Positions 1 through 17,805 of a stretch of 64,000 bases of DNA are shown one piece after another. The DNA comes from Dictyostelium discoideum (lineage: Eukaryota). The DNA is taken from NCBI GenBank assembly GCA_000004695.1, contig CM000152.2, positions 5,536,001 through 5,600,000 on the forward strand, written 5' to 3'. A program made the translations under genes and the position numbers. Numbering within the stretch: position 1 is the first letter of the stretch; each line of letters begins with the position of its first letter. The notes under the pieces are model-generated. The model saw only the letters and a program-made list of their open reading frames with translations, was not told where the DNA came from and made no database searches.

Positions 1-1
1 A

Positions 2-679
2 TTGGCAAAATTAGATAACAATTCATCAGAGAATAATTCATCAAATGCAATCATTACACTAATTGAAGAGATTTTAATTAAAAATAATCATTTAATAATT
101 GATATTCTTCAATTTTTAATTTCAAATTTATTTAATCCCTATAATTTTAATAATAATAATAATATTAATAATAATAGAAATAGTAATAATAAAAACTATA
201 TAAATGGTAATTTATTAGTACTACTTCAAAAATTACAAATACTATTACCAAATTTATATAATAACGATAATAATAATAATAATAATAATTTATTCAAAGA
301 AATAATTTCGAAATCTTTAAAAAATATTGAAAAATATGAAAATAATATTCAGCTACTTCAATATCAATTACTTTCCAATATAATATTTAATAATAATAGT
401 AATAATAATAATTTATTGGAGACTAAATTCTTTAATGAATACTTATCATCATTAATTCAAGGGGTTGTATCTTCACATTTCTCTGTAAGAATATTATGCC
501 AAACTATTATTCAAGAATTTATAAATCAAAATCCAATTCTATATAAAAAACGAGTTGTTGATTATATTTTATATAGACTAAAATCATTACAAGTATATTC
601 AGAATACAATGAACAAATACCATTTTTAAGAAAATCTTTTGAAGCTATCCAAATTTCTTCTTTATTAAACTCTCAATAA
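2..679 (+). CDS. C-terminal fragment (225 aa) of an Asn-rich hypothetical protein; the gene starts upstream of the window
   Basis: The ORF is open from the window edge to TAA at 677-679. Composition is non-repetitive outside the Asn tracts. No homolog recognised. Confidence 0.4.
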   Translation: MAKLDNNSSENNSSNAIITLIEEILIKNNHLIIDILQFLISNLFNPYNFNNNNNINNNRNSNNKNYINGNLLVLLQKLQILLPNLYNNDNNNNNNNLFKEIISKSLKNIEKYENNIQLLQYQLLSNIIFNNNSNNNNLLETKFFNEYLSSLIQGVVSSHFSVRILCQTIIQEFINQNPILYKKRVVDYILYRLKSLQVYSEYNEQIPFLRKSFEAIQISSLLNSQ

Positions 680-929
680 TAAAAATAAAAAAATAAAAAA
701 TAATTAGTTTTGTTTTTTTTTTTTTTTTCTTTTCTTTTACTAAAATTTTTTCATTTTGCAAGTTCATTTTTGACCAAAAAAAAAAAAAAAAAGAGATAAA
801 GATAAAAACAAAAACAAAAATGGGATTGCAAGAAATTTCATTTTTTTTTCATTTTTTTTTTTTATTTTTTTTTATTTTTTTATATTTTTTTTTATATTTC
901 ATTTTTTAATTTCTTTCTATTTAAAATAA

Positions 930-3307
<2,378 letters not shown>

Positions 3308-3487
3308 TAAAATCTTTTTTTTTTTAATTTATTTTTTTAACCTATTTTTTATTTATTTTTTTTTTGGGTTTTTCAAAAAAAGGTCTGAAAACCTAATTAT
3401 TGGAAAAAAAGTGTTTTGATATAGAACAAAATAAGCGAAAATGAATTTAGAAGATCGTTTCAAATTTCATTTGATTTTTATTAAATT

Positions 3488-3527
<40 letters not shown>

Positions 3528-3828
3528 GGACAACACCAGACCAAATCAAATTATTTTTTAAAATGGGAACAAATAAAGAATTTGGTTAATGTCAATTTAC
3601 TGGTAAAAGAAAAAAAAAAAAAAATATCTAACAATCAAGTATGTGATTTTCAAAAAATGTATAATCATTGGATTATAATAAAAATAAAATAAAAATATTT
3701 TTATAAATACTACAAAAAAATTAATTAATTTACAGTTTAGTGGTTTAAAAAAAATAAAAAAAAAAAAAGTTAAAATAAACTTAAAAAACCTATTATTAGA
3801 ACACACAGATCGAAATTACAAATCACCA

Positions 3829-3875
<47 letters not shown>

Positions 3876-4110
3876 GAAAAAAAAAAAATAAAAAATAAAA
3901 AAAAATAAAAAATAAATTTGGGCTCACCCACAAAAGATCAGTATCTGATTGTTTTTTTTTTTTTTATAATATTGATTTTGAAAAATTCAAATTTCTAAAA
4001 ATTGGATAGATACCTTTTGATTAAACAAAATTTTTTAAATTAGAGATGTTTCAAATAAAACCAGTTTTTATGCTCCAAATTATTTTTTTTTTTTTTTTTT
4101 TTTTTTCTTC

Positions 4111-4149
<39 letters not shown>

Positions 4150-4642
4150 AGAAAATATAATACAATAATTTAAAAAAAAAAAATTAAAAAATAAAAAAAT
4201 TTATTTATTAGTTTTTTTAATTTTAATTTACAAATCTATTATCATATTTAAATATTTTTTTATAATCAAAATAAATCAAAATCAAAAAATATTTTAATTC
4301 TTAACCAAATTCAATAAAAAAAAAAACAATTATAATAATTGTCAAAAATCAAATCAAAAAATAAAAAAAAAAAAAAAATAATTAAAAAAAATAAAAAAAA
4401 ATAAATTTTTTATCGTCCATTTATCGTCTTTGGGATTGAAATAAAAACCCTTTGAAAAAAAAAAAAAAAAAAAAAAAAAGCAAAAATAAATTTGTCTGCA
4501 AAGATATACGAAAAAAAAAAAAAATAATAAAAAAAAAATTGGCACACTAAAATTAAAAATAACAGCAAAGATAAAAAAAAAAAAAAAAAAAAAAAAACAG
4601 CAAATATATAATTATATAAAACAATATAATAAAAAAAAAGAT

Positions 4643-6909
4643 ATGGAAATTGATAATTTATTTTTTTACTGTTGGAGAAATGTTTATATTAGAGGTTTAA
4701 TATTTAATTTTATTAAAACCAATAAAACAGAATTAATAAATCCAAATTTTGGTATTTACAATTATTATCAAATGAATGATGTAAATTTAATGGCAACAAA
4801 TAAAGGATTAAAGCAATTGTTAGTTGAAAAGGTTGAAAAAAAATATCATTTAAATTTTAATTTTTCAAAATCTGGAATTCCTTTTGAAAATATTTTTAAA
4901 AATTTTAAAAATGAAACTGATAAAGAATTTTTTAATAATCTATTCAAAAATTATCCAAATTATTTTTTATCTTCAATTGATATAACAGCAGAATATTCAA
5001 TGGCCTGTGATTGTGTTGTTGCATTCCAAGTTTTAGTAAATAATTTTAATTATACTCCAATTAATTGTAAACAATTATTTATTGATTCAATTTTAAAAGG
5101 TTCTATCGAAACTTCAAAATTAATAAATGAAAAGTTTAATCCAAAACTAAACCAAATTGATTATGATGAAATTTGGAAATTATTATTAAATAAGAATGTT
5201 GACCTTGTAATAGAAGAAACTATTCCAAATAATGACCCAATTGGTAAAATTAATAAATCAATTGAATATTTAGTAAAAGAATTAAATGCACCCTTACCAC
5301 CACCTATCGATAATAATTCATTTAAATGTTTTATTGATTTTTCAATTAAAAATAGAAATCTTGAATATATTTTATCAACTTGTTATTCAATTTCCTATTT
5401 AAAATCATCTTTGGAATTATTTATTTCTCCATTTCCAAATTTAACCAATTCATTTAAAATTTTAACAATTAAAGAATTGGATGAAATTAAAATGAAATTA
5501 ACTAGACAAGAATTAGAAAGTAATGTACAAGATATTGAAACTAATAATGAAATAATTTCAAAATTAGTTGGAATGGCTTCAAAATTTACAAGTATTAATT
5601 TTTATTTTAATATGGTATTTTATTATCAACATTATGAAAATAATTATATAACTTTAATGAAATTGAAAATCAAAATCAAAATTTATCATTATTTAATGAA
5701 ATTTTAATTGCACATGGTAATTATAAAGGAATAGTTGAAAATGTTGATTTAATGGAACTTGAACCACATCAAAAAGGTAAATCAATTATAATCACTGGTA
5801 AAGAATCATTTAAAATTTTTAGATCATGTAAAAATAATATTGAAAATGTTTTTAAAATAATGGTACAAGATATTATTGATAATTTCACATTTAGAACTAA
5901 ACCATTAACTGAGATTCATTCAGTTTTAGATATTATTAAATTTTTAGCTACTTTTGGTGATACAAAATTAGTTTTAGAATTATTTGCAGAAATTAATAAA
6001 AACTATGTAATAGTTTCAGGGTACCCAAATCAAGCATATTCTCTAGTAACTTCAACTGAAATGTTTGATATTATATTTTTTAAATTTAAAAATGCATTTA
6101 GATTAAATGAAATTTATGATCTTGTTGATTCAAATAATGATAGAACAAATACTTATTTAATTTTAGATCATTTTAAATCAAAATATCCAAATGAATATAA
6201 TAAAGTAGTAGCACATTATAATCCATTGCCAAATCATTTATTAAATGAATTTATTTTCAATAATTTAGAAGAACATAAACAAAAACTAATTGAAAGTGAA
6301 TGTTGGCTAAATAGAGTAAGAAATGGTGTTGTACCATTAGAACATTTTAAAAAACTTTTAGAAATCACTCCAGATGATCAAGAATATCATTGTTTTGAAA
6401 GTAGTGAAATTTTTAATTATGTTTTCAATCAACGTATGCATGATATTGAAAATGGTAGATTTCAATTAACTCAAAGATCAAATTTATTAAATTATTATGT
6501 TACTGGTAAATTAGAAACAACAATTTTAAATTATATTGAAAAACCAATAAATTTTCCAAATTTAAATAGTTGTATAGATTTATTAATTAAATTTAATGAT
6601 TTAATTTCATTGAAATTCATTTTTGATTATTTTAATTTACCAAATTGTTCAAATTATCAAATATTCTTTAAAAATCATTTAATATTGATATCAGAACAAA
6701 ATAATTTACAAGTTTTATCATTTATTTTTCAAAATTATCCAACATTACTAACTCAAGAAAATTTACAATTCTTATTTAATCATTGTTATCAAAAAACTGC
6801 CTCGATTGAAATAATTAATTATATTATTAAATCAATTAGATTTAAACCAAATTTATTAAATTTATATTCTATTCCGATTGTAAAAAATTATTTTAATTTT
6901 TCAAATTAA
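4643..6909 (+). CDS. Dictyostelium-specific Asn-rich family protein, paralog A. The reading frame is broken near 5640-5750 (ORFs 4643-5707 and 5752-6909), so it is a possible pseudogene or carries a frameshift.
   Basis: Both ORFs are collinear with the intact 788-aa paralog at 7803-10169 (MEIDNLFFYCWRNVYI vs ELFFYCWENVYI; NAPLPPPIDNNSFKCFIDFSIKNRNLEYILSTCYSISYLKSSLELF shared). The second ORF continues the homology (KGKSIIITGKESFKIFRSCK vs NGKSIYFLGFESYTLFRSCK) only after a +1 shift. TAA and TAG stops fall in the gap, and there is no GT..AG intron of plausible size. Confidence 0.5.
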
Positions 6910-7518
6910 AAAATTATATTAATAAAATTTTAAATATATAAAATAAATAAAAATAATTTTTTTTTTATATATAACATTTATTTTTATGTGTTTGTTATTG
7001 TAATAATAACTATTCAAAGATAATATATTTATATTTGATCGTTTTAAAATATTTTTAATAATAATAACAAACCAATATAAAATAAAAAATTTTTTTGTAA
7101 ATTAAAAAGGTATTAATTAATTATTGTTATTAAACATTAAAAAAATAAAAATTATTTCATTTACTAGATATTGAGAATAAAAATTACAAATTTGTTTGTA
7201 TTTTTTTATTTTTTTTATTTGTGTTAAAATTGTTTTATAAAAAAATAAATAAATAAAGATAAAAATAAAATAAAATTAAATTTTTATCAATAAATTGGAA
7301 AAAAAAATAATAACAACACTAGGTTTTAATATGGGGGTTTTAATTTGTAATTTTGAAATTATTAATTTGTTATTTTATTTTAGATCACACACCACACAAT
7401 TTAAATTCATTTTACATGTTCTCATCATTAAAATTAATTTTTTATTTAATTTAACACTATAAAAAACAATCGTTTTGTGCAATAAAAAAATAATTTGTTT
7501 ATTTATGTTACAATTAAT

Positions 7519-7560
<42 letters not shown>

Positions 7561-7802
7561 CATAATTTAACACTTTATTAAAATTATTATTTTATCTAGG
7601 TGTTAAAATTATTTATATTAAATATAGTTTAATATTTTAATATTTTAATATTTTTTATATTGCCATAAAGAAAAAAAAAATAATAATAATAATAAAAAAA
7701 AAAAAAAAAAAAAAAATAATAATAGTAATAATTTAATTTTTTTAATTTAATTTTTATAATTTATAATTAATAAAATTATAACAAATTAAAAGAAAGAAAG
7801 AA

Positions 7803-10169
7803 ATGGAAATAAATAATGGTACATTAAAAAGGAATTCAGAATTATTTTTTTATTGTTGGGAAAATGTTTACATAAAAAAAGTAATTTTTGAAAATTTAAA
7901 AACAAATAAAACTTCAATAATAAACCTATTATATGGAATATATAATTATTTACAATTAAATGATGTTAATACAATTACAACAAATGAAAACTTACATATT
8001 TTATTAATAGATAAAATTAAAAAAACAAGAAATTTAAATTTTAATTTTCCAAAAACCAAGATTCCCTTTGAATTAATTTTCCAAAAGTTTAATTCAAATG
8101 AAACAATTGATTTTTATAAAGATTTATTTAAAAATTATCCAAAGTATTTCCTTTCTTCAATGGATGCAATTTGTGAATATGCAATCAAATGTAATAATAT
8201 AGTTGCAATTCAAGTTTTAATAAAACATTTTTCATTTGTCCCAAATAATAGTAAAGAAATTCTAATAAGTTCAATTTTAAATGGGTCATTCAAAGTTGCA
8301 AGTTTTTTAAAAGAATCTTTTAATATAAACCTTACCAATGAAGATTATAATAAAATATGGAATTATTTATTATACAATGAAAATGTGGAAGGCACAAAAC
8401 AAGAAGCCCATTCAATGTTTGAAGTAATAAAACATAATAAAAATATAAATTTTAATAAAATAAATGATTCAATTGAATATTTAGTAAAAGAATTAAATGC
8501 ACCATTACCATCACCTATTGGTAATAATTCATTTAAATGTTTCATTGATTTTTCAATTAAAAAAAGAAATCTTGAATTTATTTTATCAACTTGTTATTCA
8601 ATTTCATATTTAAAATCATCTTTGGAATTATTTATTTCACCCAATCCAAATTTAACGAATTCAATTAAAATTTTATCAATTAAAGAATTGGATGAAATTA
8701 AAATGAAATTAACTAGACAAGAATTAGAAAGTAATGTACAAGATATTGAAACTAATAATGAAATAATTTCAAAATTAGTTGGAATGGCTTCAAAATTTAC
8801 AAATATTAATTTTAATGTTAATATGAAGTTTTATTATCAACATTATTATTTTAATGAACCACCTAAACAATGGGGAGATTTTTTAACAAATATTTATAAC
8901 TATATTGAAATTTCAATATCACACGGAGATTATAAAGATTTGGTACTAAATATTAATAAACTACCAATTGATCCTACAATTAATGGTAAATCAATTTATT
9001 TTTTGGGTTTCGAATCATACACATTATTTAGATCATGTAAAAGTATAATGAACCAAAAATGTGAAATATTTATTCAAGATGTTGTTAATCATCAATTAGA
9101 TACAACAATTGCACCAGAATTAAAACATTCAATTATTGATGTTATAAAATTTTTTATTACTTTAGGAAATATTGAATTGATTCAACAACTTTTTATACAA
9201 CTAGATTATTTCAATATTCAAATTAATCCATCAAATTTAATATACTCTTTTATTAATTCAACTGAAATGTTTGATTTAATTTATCAAAGATTTAGAGAAA
9301 CATTCAATTTAAATGAAATTTTAGAAATTGTAAATATGTATAATAAGGTTGAAATTAAATATTTAATACTATACCATTTTAAAAACAACTATACCCAAGA
9401 TTATTATCAACAACTTGAAAATTATATACCATGTGTAAATAATTTATTAAATGAATTTATTTTTGAAAATATTCAAGATTTTCAAAATAAATTAATAGAA
9501 TCAAATTTTTGGTCAAATTCTTATGCAATTAAAACTATAAATACCAATCTCCCATTAAAACATTTTAAAAAATTATTAGAAATAACTCCTATTGATCATG
9601 AATATTATCATTGTTTTAATAATTTTGAAAATTTAAAATATGTAATAGATTTTAGAAAACAAGATATAATCAACAATCGTAGATTTTATATACAATTTGA
9701 AAATTCATCAATTTATAATATATATGCATGTGGAATGATGGAAGAAATTTTTGAGGAATGTTTAGAAAAACCAATTAATATCCCAATGGAAAATTTAAAT
9801 AATACATTTGATTTAATGATTAAATCAATTGATTTAAAATCAATTAAATTTATAATTGATTATTTTAATCTAACAAATAATAATACATTTATTCAAAACT
9901 TTAAGGGATGTTTAAATACAATCTCAAAGTTTAACCGAATTGAAGTTTTATCATTCATATACAATAACTATCCAACACTATTATCTCAAAATAATTTACA
10001 ATCATTATTTGAACATTGTTTACAAGTAACAGGTTCAATTGAAATAATTCAATTTTTAATTAAAGATATTAGATTTAAACCAAACCTTGAAAATATTGAT
10101 AAAAATATTAATTTTACAGATAAAACTTTTATAACTAAAAATTATTTTTTAAAATATTTAAATAAATAA
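7803..10169 (+). CDS. Dictyostelium-specific Asn-rich family protein, paralog B (788 aa, intact single exon)
   Basis: Long uninterrupted ORF. It is a tandem paralog of 4643-6909 and shares a ~126-nt block at 100 percent identity with it. No domain recognised. Confidence 0.65.
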   Translation: MEINNGTLKRNSELFFYCWENVYIKKVIFENLKTNKTSIINLLYGIYNYLQLNDVNTITTNENLHILLIDKIKKTRNLNFNFPKTKIPFELIFQKFNSNETIDFYKDLFKNYPKYFLSSMDAICEYAIKCNNIVAIQVLIKHFSFVPNNSKEILISSILNGSFKVASFLKESFNINLTNEDYNKIWNYLLYNENVEGTKQEAHSMFEVIKHNKNINFNKINDSIEYLVKELNAPLPSPIGNNSFKCFIDFSIKKRNLEFILSTCYSISYLKSSLELFISPNPNLTNSIKILSIKELDEIKMKLTRQELESNVQDIETNNEIISKLVGMASKFTNINFNVNMKFYYQHYYFNEPPKQWGDFLTNIYNYIEISISHGDYKDLVLNINKLPIDPTINGKSIYFLGFESYTLFRSCKSIMNQKCEIFIQDVVNHQLDTTIAPELKHSIIDVIKFFITLGNIELIQQLFIQLDYFNIQINPSNLIYSFINSTEMFDLIYQRFRETFNLNEILEIVNMYNKVEIKYLILYHFKNNYTQDYYQQLENYIPCVNNLLNEFIFENIQDFQNKLIESNFWSNSYAIKTINTNLPLKHFKKLLEITPIDHEYYHCFNNFENLKYVIDFRKQDIINNRRFYIQFENSSIYNIYACGMMEEIFEECLEKPINIPMENLNNTFDLMIKSIDLKSIKFIIDYFNLTNNNTFIQNFKGCLNTISKFNRIEVLSFIYNNYPTLLSQNNLQSLFEHCLQVTGSIEIIQFLIKDIRFKPNLENIDKNINFTDKTFITKNYFLKYLNK

Positions 10170-10264
10170 TAATTTTATTTATATTTCTCTATGGTTGTAC
10201 AACAAATTATTTATTTTTTATTTATTTATTATTTATTATTTGTTTTATTTATTATTTAATTTAT

Positions 10265-12140
10265 TTATTTCTTCTTTTTTACAGCTTCTAATTTTAAGAG
10301 AGTTTTACCAATTTTAATAGTATCACCAGGTAAGAGATAAGCTTTACTAATTCTTTTATGATTAACTTTAGTACCATGACCAGAACCTAAATCAATGATA
10401 ATTACAGAATTTTCAGAAACTTCAATTTTACAATGGCTTCTTGATACTTTTTTATCACCAACAGTGACAATACAACTTTCAGAACGACCAATTGTATTAT
10501 TACCTAAATTTAATTTGACAACAGCTGGTTTTTCAGTTGGTGGTAAATCGAAGGGTGTGATAATTAAAGTTGCAGTGAACTTTTTACCATAACCATTGAT
10601 TGGTTGTTGATGAACACCTTCTTCTGACACTCTTGGTTGTTGATTTAATTTTAATTTATCCATTGGTGGCATATCAATTAATTTCTTACCTTCTTTTGCA
10701 TTATTTAATGCTAATACCCAATCTTTCATTGCAACATGATGTTTAGCTTTCAATATAAATACACTTAATGGTGTTGATAATTTAAAGCAATGTCTAAGAT
10801 CTGGTGAATCACAAACTGAAATATCTGTATATTTTAATGTAATAACACCTTGTGGTGGCTAAAAAAAAAAAAAATTAGTAATCTAAAGATTTAATAAAAA
10901 CATATATATATATGTATATATATATAATGTAATAGTTTACCATTTTTGAACTTTTATAATAATATAAACATCTTTCAACTAAAACGAAATAATAACCTTT
11001 CCAAGTTATTTGATCATCACTATCTTCCATTATTAATAGATTACCAGATTTATCTTTTTTAGATTTATTCAAAATATTTGAAGAGTAAGTATCAATCTCT
11101 TGAAGTAAAATTAAAAGACGATCCAATTCAACTTGAGTTTTTTGTTCAAACAATGGTGAAACTACAGTGTAAGCTTCGAGACGTTCATCATAATCGGTTT
11201 GAGTTAGATTAGTTCTAACTAGATTTTGTAAAACTGAATTCCATTGTTCAAATTCTTCATTTGTAGAGGCACAAAGTGAATCGATTCTTTTATTCTTTGA
11301 AAAGATTTGTAATTGATAATTACCAACGTTTGGAGTTTTCATATCGATAAGATTCTTTTCTTTCAATGGGATTGGTGGTGTGATGAATGAGATTGTGATT
11401 GTACCTTTTGGTTTTCTTGCTTTTTTGGTTTTAAAATAATGTAAATGATTACCAATCAATACGAAATAATATTTCTTCCAACCTGCGGCGAATCTACTCT
11501 TTTTCAATAACTCACCCTCCATAGTTGCATGATTATGTTCTGCTTCCAATACCCAACCACGATCGATAACTGATAAATGTGATGATATCTTTTTGTCAAG
11601 CGAACTTTGTTGTTCTGTTAATAATTTAATATCAGTTTTATTATCCTTTTTACCACCACTGCCACCACGTACACCATCAACTTCATTACCACTGTTGTCT
11701 TCATTTGATGAGGTTATTGGTCTAATCTCTTTTGGTTTCTTTGAAGATGATGATGCTTTTTTAATTGCTTTATGATCATCATCTGCTTCATCCTCTGATG
11801 ATGAATAAATATCATAACTATAATAATTTGAATTAATTCTTTGATTAAATTCATCCTCTGTAATTGGTACTGGTCCTCTAATACTACCTGAACTTTCATT
11901 CTTTCTATGAATTACATCAAATTCATCCTCATCATGATTTTTATGATTACTTGGGCTACTTGATGTTGTTGTAGTTGTTGTTTGTTTTTTACTAATACTA
12001 CCACTTGTAGATGATGATGATTCTTTCTTTTTACTACTACTGTTACTACTAGATGATGATTTCTTTTCTTTCTTTGATGATCTTGTTAATGGTTCTTCAA
12101 TAAATTCATCCTCTTCTAAGTCTACTAATTTACCAAACAT
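10265..12140 (-). CDS. PH-PH-FHA domain protein (~597 aa). Two exons, 12140-10941 and 10858-10265, on the minus strand.
   Basis: Two PH-like segments are present (GWKKYYFVLIGNHLHYFKTKK...EEFEQWNSVLQNL and ITWKGYYFVLVERCLYYYKSSKM|PPQGVITLKYTD...VAMKDWVLALNNA). The second is split by an 82-nt intron with a GTAAAC donor and a poly-T tract before AG. The C-terminus has an FHA signature (GRSESCIVTVGDKKVSRSHCKIEVSENSVIIIDLGSGHGTKVNHKRI...LLPGDTIKIG). The N-terminal region is Ser-rich. Confidence 0.7.
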
Positions 12141-12259
12141 TTCTTTTTTTTTTTATTTATAATATAATATTGTTTTTTTTTCTTTTATTTTATTTGTATG
12201 TATTTTAAAAAAAAAAAAAATTAAAATTTTTTAATATGGGCTATTCGATGAGCAAAGGC

Positions 12260-12283
12260 GTGTGTGAATTGCGGTTGAGGGGG
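12260..12283. promoter_or_regulatory. G-rich GTGTGTG...GAGGGGG element ~120 bp upstream of the minus-strand PH-PH-FHA gene; candidate G-box (GBF)-type promoter element
   Basis: An isolated GC-rich island in otherwise >85 percent AT intergenic DNA. Similar motifs recur at 25362-25374, 46128-46143 and 47105-47117, each upstream of a gene start. Confidence 0.25.
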
Positions 12284-12613
12284 TTTAATATATATATATT
12301 TTTTATTTTTTTTTCAAATATATAAACTATTAAAAATTATAAAAAAAAAAAAAAAAAATTTTTGAGGAAGGTGATCAAGATTGAACTAAATTTAAATTTA
12401 TTAATCTGTATTCAAATAATAGTGGGTGAAAGAAATTGGGTATAAAAAAAAAAAAAATGTTTAAAAAAAAAAAAAAAAAAAAAAGATTTTTTTTTTTTTT
12501 TGTTTAAATACAATAGCGGTTTGTGTGAAAAAGAAAAATAAAAAAAAAAAAAAAATGGCTAATAGAATTTTTATGGATTCGATGAATTTGTAGATTTTTA
12601 TATTTATTTATTT

Positions 12614-12651
<38 letters not shown>

Positions 12652-13000
12652 ATATAGTTTATTTTAATATATTTTGCTATAAGACACAAAAAAAAAAAAA
12701 AAAAAAAAATAAAAATAATTATAAAATAAAATAAAACGTGGTATATTCACATGAAAATTTGTACACTATCAATCACGAAAAAAAAAAAAAAAAAAAAAAA
12801 AGAATTAATTTTCTTTCATTCTTTGAATCTAAAAAATTCAACAAATAATGGGATCTCGATATTTTCAATCTTTTTTTTTTTTTTTTTTTTTTTTCTTTCA
12901 CAAAATTACAAAAATTTGTCAAAAACTCGCATCTATTTTTATAACCAATTTTTTATTTTTTGTTTTTTTTTTTTATTTATTATTATTGTTATTTTATAAT

Positions 13001-14148
<1,148 letters not shown>

Positions 14149-14410
14149 TTTTTTTTTTTTCTATCTGAAAAAAAATGAAAAAAATAATAAATTATAATTT
14201 GATGTGTTCACACAAAAACGCGATAAAATTTAAAAAATAAAAAAAAAAAATAAAAAAAAAAAAAAAAAATTTAAAAAAAAAAAAATAAAAATTAAAAAAA
14301 AAAATATTAATTATGTTTGAAATAATATAATTAAAATATTATTTTTTATTTATTTATTTTTAACTAAATCATTTCAATTATAAGCTTTTTTTTATCTTAT
14401 ATTATTATTT

Positions 14411-14444
<34 letters not shown>

Positions 14445-14676
14445 TATTAATTTATTATTTTTTTTTTAATTTTTTTTTTAATTTTTTTTTTTTAATTTGG
14501 GATAAATAAAATTACTTGTGAAAAATAAAAAGAAGATTTGATTTGAAAACTATTTAAACCTTGGGTATATGCATTTAATTTGCTATTATATTTAAATATT
14601 TAAATAATTAAAAGGTGGATTCACCGACGTGTTTAAAAAAAATTTTTTTAATTTTTTAAATTTTCGAGTATATTCA

Positions 14677-14713
<37 letters not shown>

Positions 14714-14967
14714 CAATTTAAATTATTATTTTATTTAAAAAGACTATTTTTGTATTTTATTTTTTTAATATTTAATATATTTTTTTACAGATTTGCTATA
14801 TTGTTTTTTGTTTTTATTTTTTTTTTTAATTTTTATTTTTTTTTTTTTTCATTTTTTTAATTTTTAAATTTTTTTTTTAATTTTTCAATTCCCTCACAGA
14901 TATCACTGTATATACATACACAAATATATTTATTATTATTATAAATTAAAAAAAAATTAAAAAAAAA

Positions 14968-17004
<2,037 letters not shown>

Positions 17005-17805
17005 TTAATAATAATAATAATTAATAATAATAATAATAATAATAGTTATACTTTATTTATATATTATTAACTTGTATATAATATTTTTTTTATTATTTTT
17101 TTTTTTTTACCCTTTTTTTTAATAATTTTAATTAAACATTTAAAAAAAAAACAAAATCCATCAAAAAATTTTTATATGAATATTCATTTATTTTTATTTT
17201 TATTCTTTTATTTTATTTTTATTTTTATTTTTATTTTTATATTTTTAATTTATAAATTACTAACTTAAATATTGGATTTAAAAATATAGAAAGAAATGGT
17301 AACATTGAAGAAACAACAGAGGACCTTTTAAAAGGTAGAACAATAAAAAGATCAACAACTCCAACAAAGGGTGGTGGATTTAATTTAAAAAAAAGTTTTG
17401 ATTTTACTTCCCGTTCAAAATCCAAAAGTCCAAAACCAGATTTACAATTCGGAAGTGGTGAAAAATAAATAATGTATAAATAAAATAAACACTTGATTTG
17501 GACGAAAGAAAATCAAATGTTTATTTAAAATTCTTTGATTTTTTTTTTTTTTTTTTGTCCAAAAAAAGGTAAAACAGAATAAAGTTTATTTTAATTGTGT
17601 TTATTTTTAATTTTTAATTAAAAAATATTGTGTTTAGGTTTGGCTTATTTTTTATTTTTTTTTTTATTTTTAATTTTCACTTTAATTTTTTTTTTTTTTT
17701 TGGAATTGCGCCTTTTTTTCATATAAAAAAAAAAAAAATAAAATAAAAATAAAAAAAAATAGTTGAGGAAAACAAAACGAATAAAACTGTACAGATAAAA
17801 ACAAC

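Noticed and set aside
3441-4545. Small ORFs in homopolymer DNA (3441-3692, 3597-3806, 4354-4545; also 12504-13042, 14678-14860, 35531-36550, 37281-37531, 46126-46460, 47164-47376, 62718-63334)
   Set aside because: Their translations are poly-F/poly-K/poly-I low complexity, caused by A/T homopolymers in intergenic DNA. They have no splice context or domain content.
4643-10169. Interpreting the tandem Asn-rich paralogs as a mobile element
   Set aside because: There are no terminal repeats, and no RT, integrase or transposase motifs. Apart from the conversion tract, divergence is gene-like. This is better explained as a Dictyostelium-specific duplicated gene family.
12230-12290. GC-rich island checked as a possible tRNA or class I ncRNA
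   Set aside because: No A-box/B-box (GGTTCGANTCC) or cloverleaf could be found. It is retained only as a candidate G-box promoter element.
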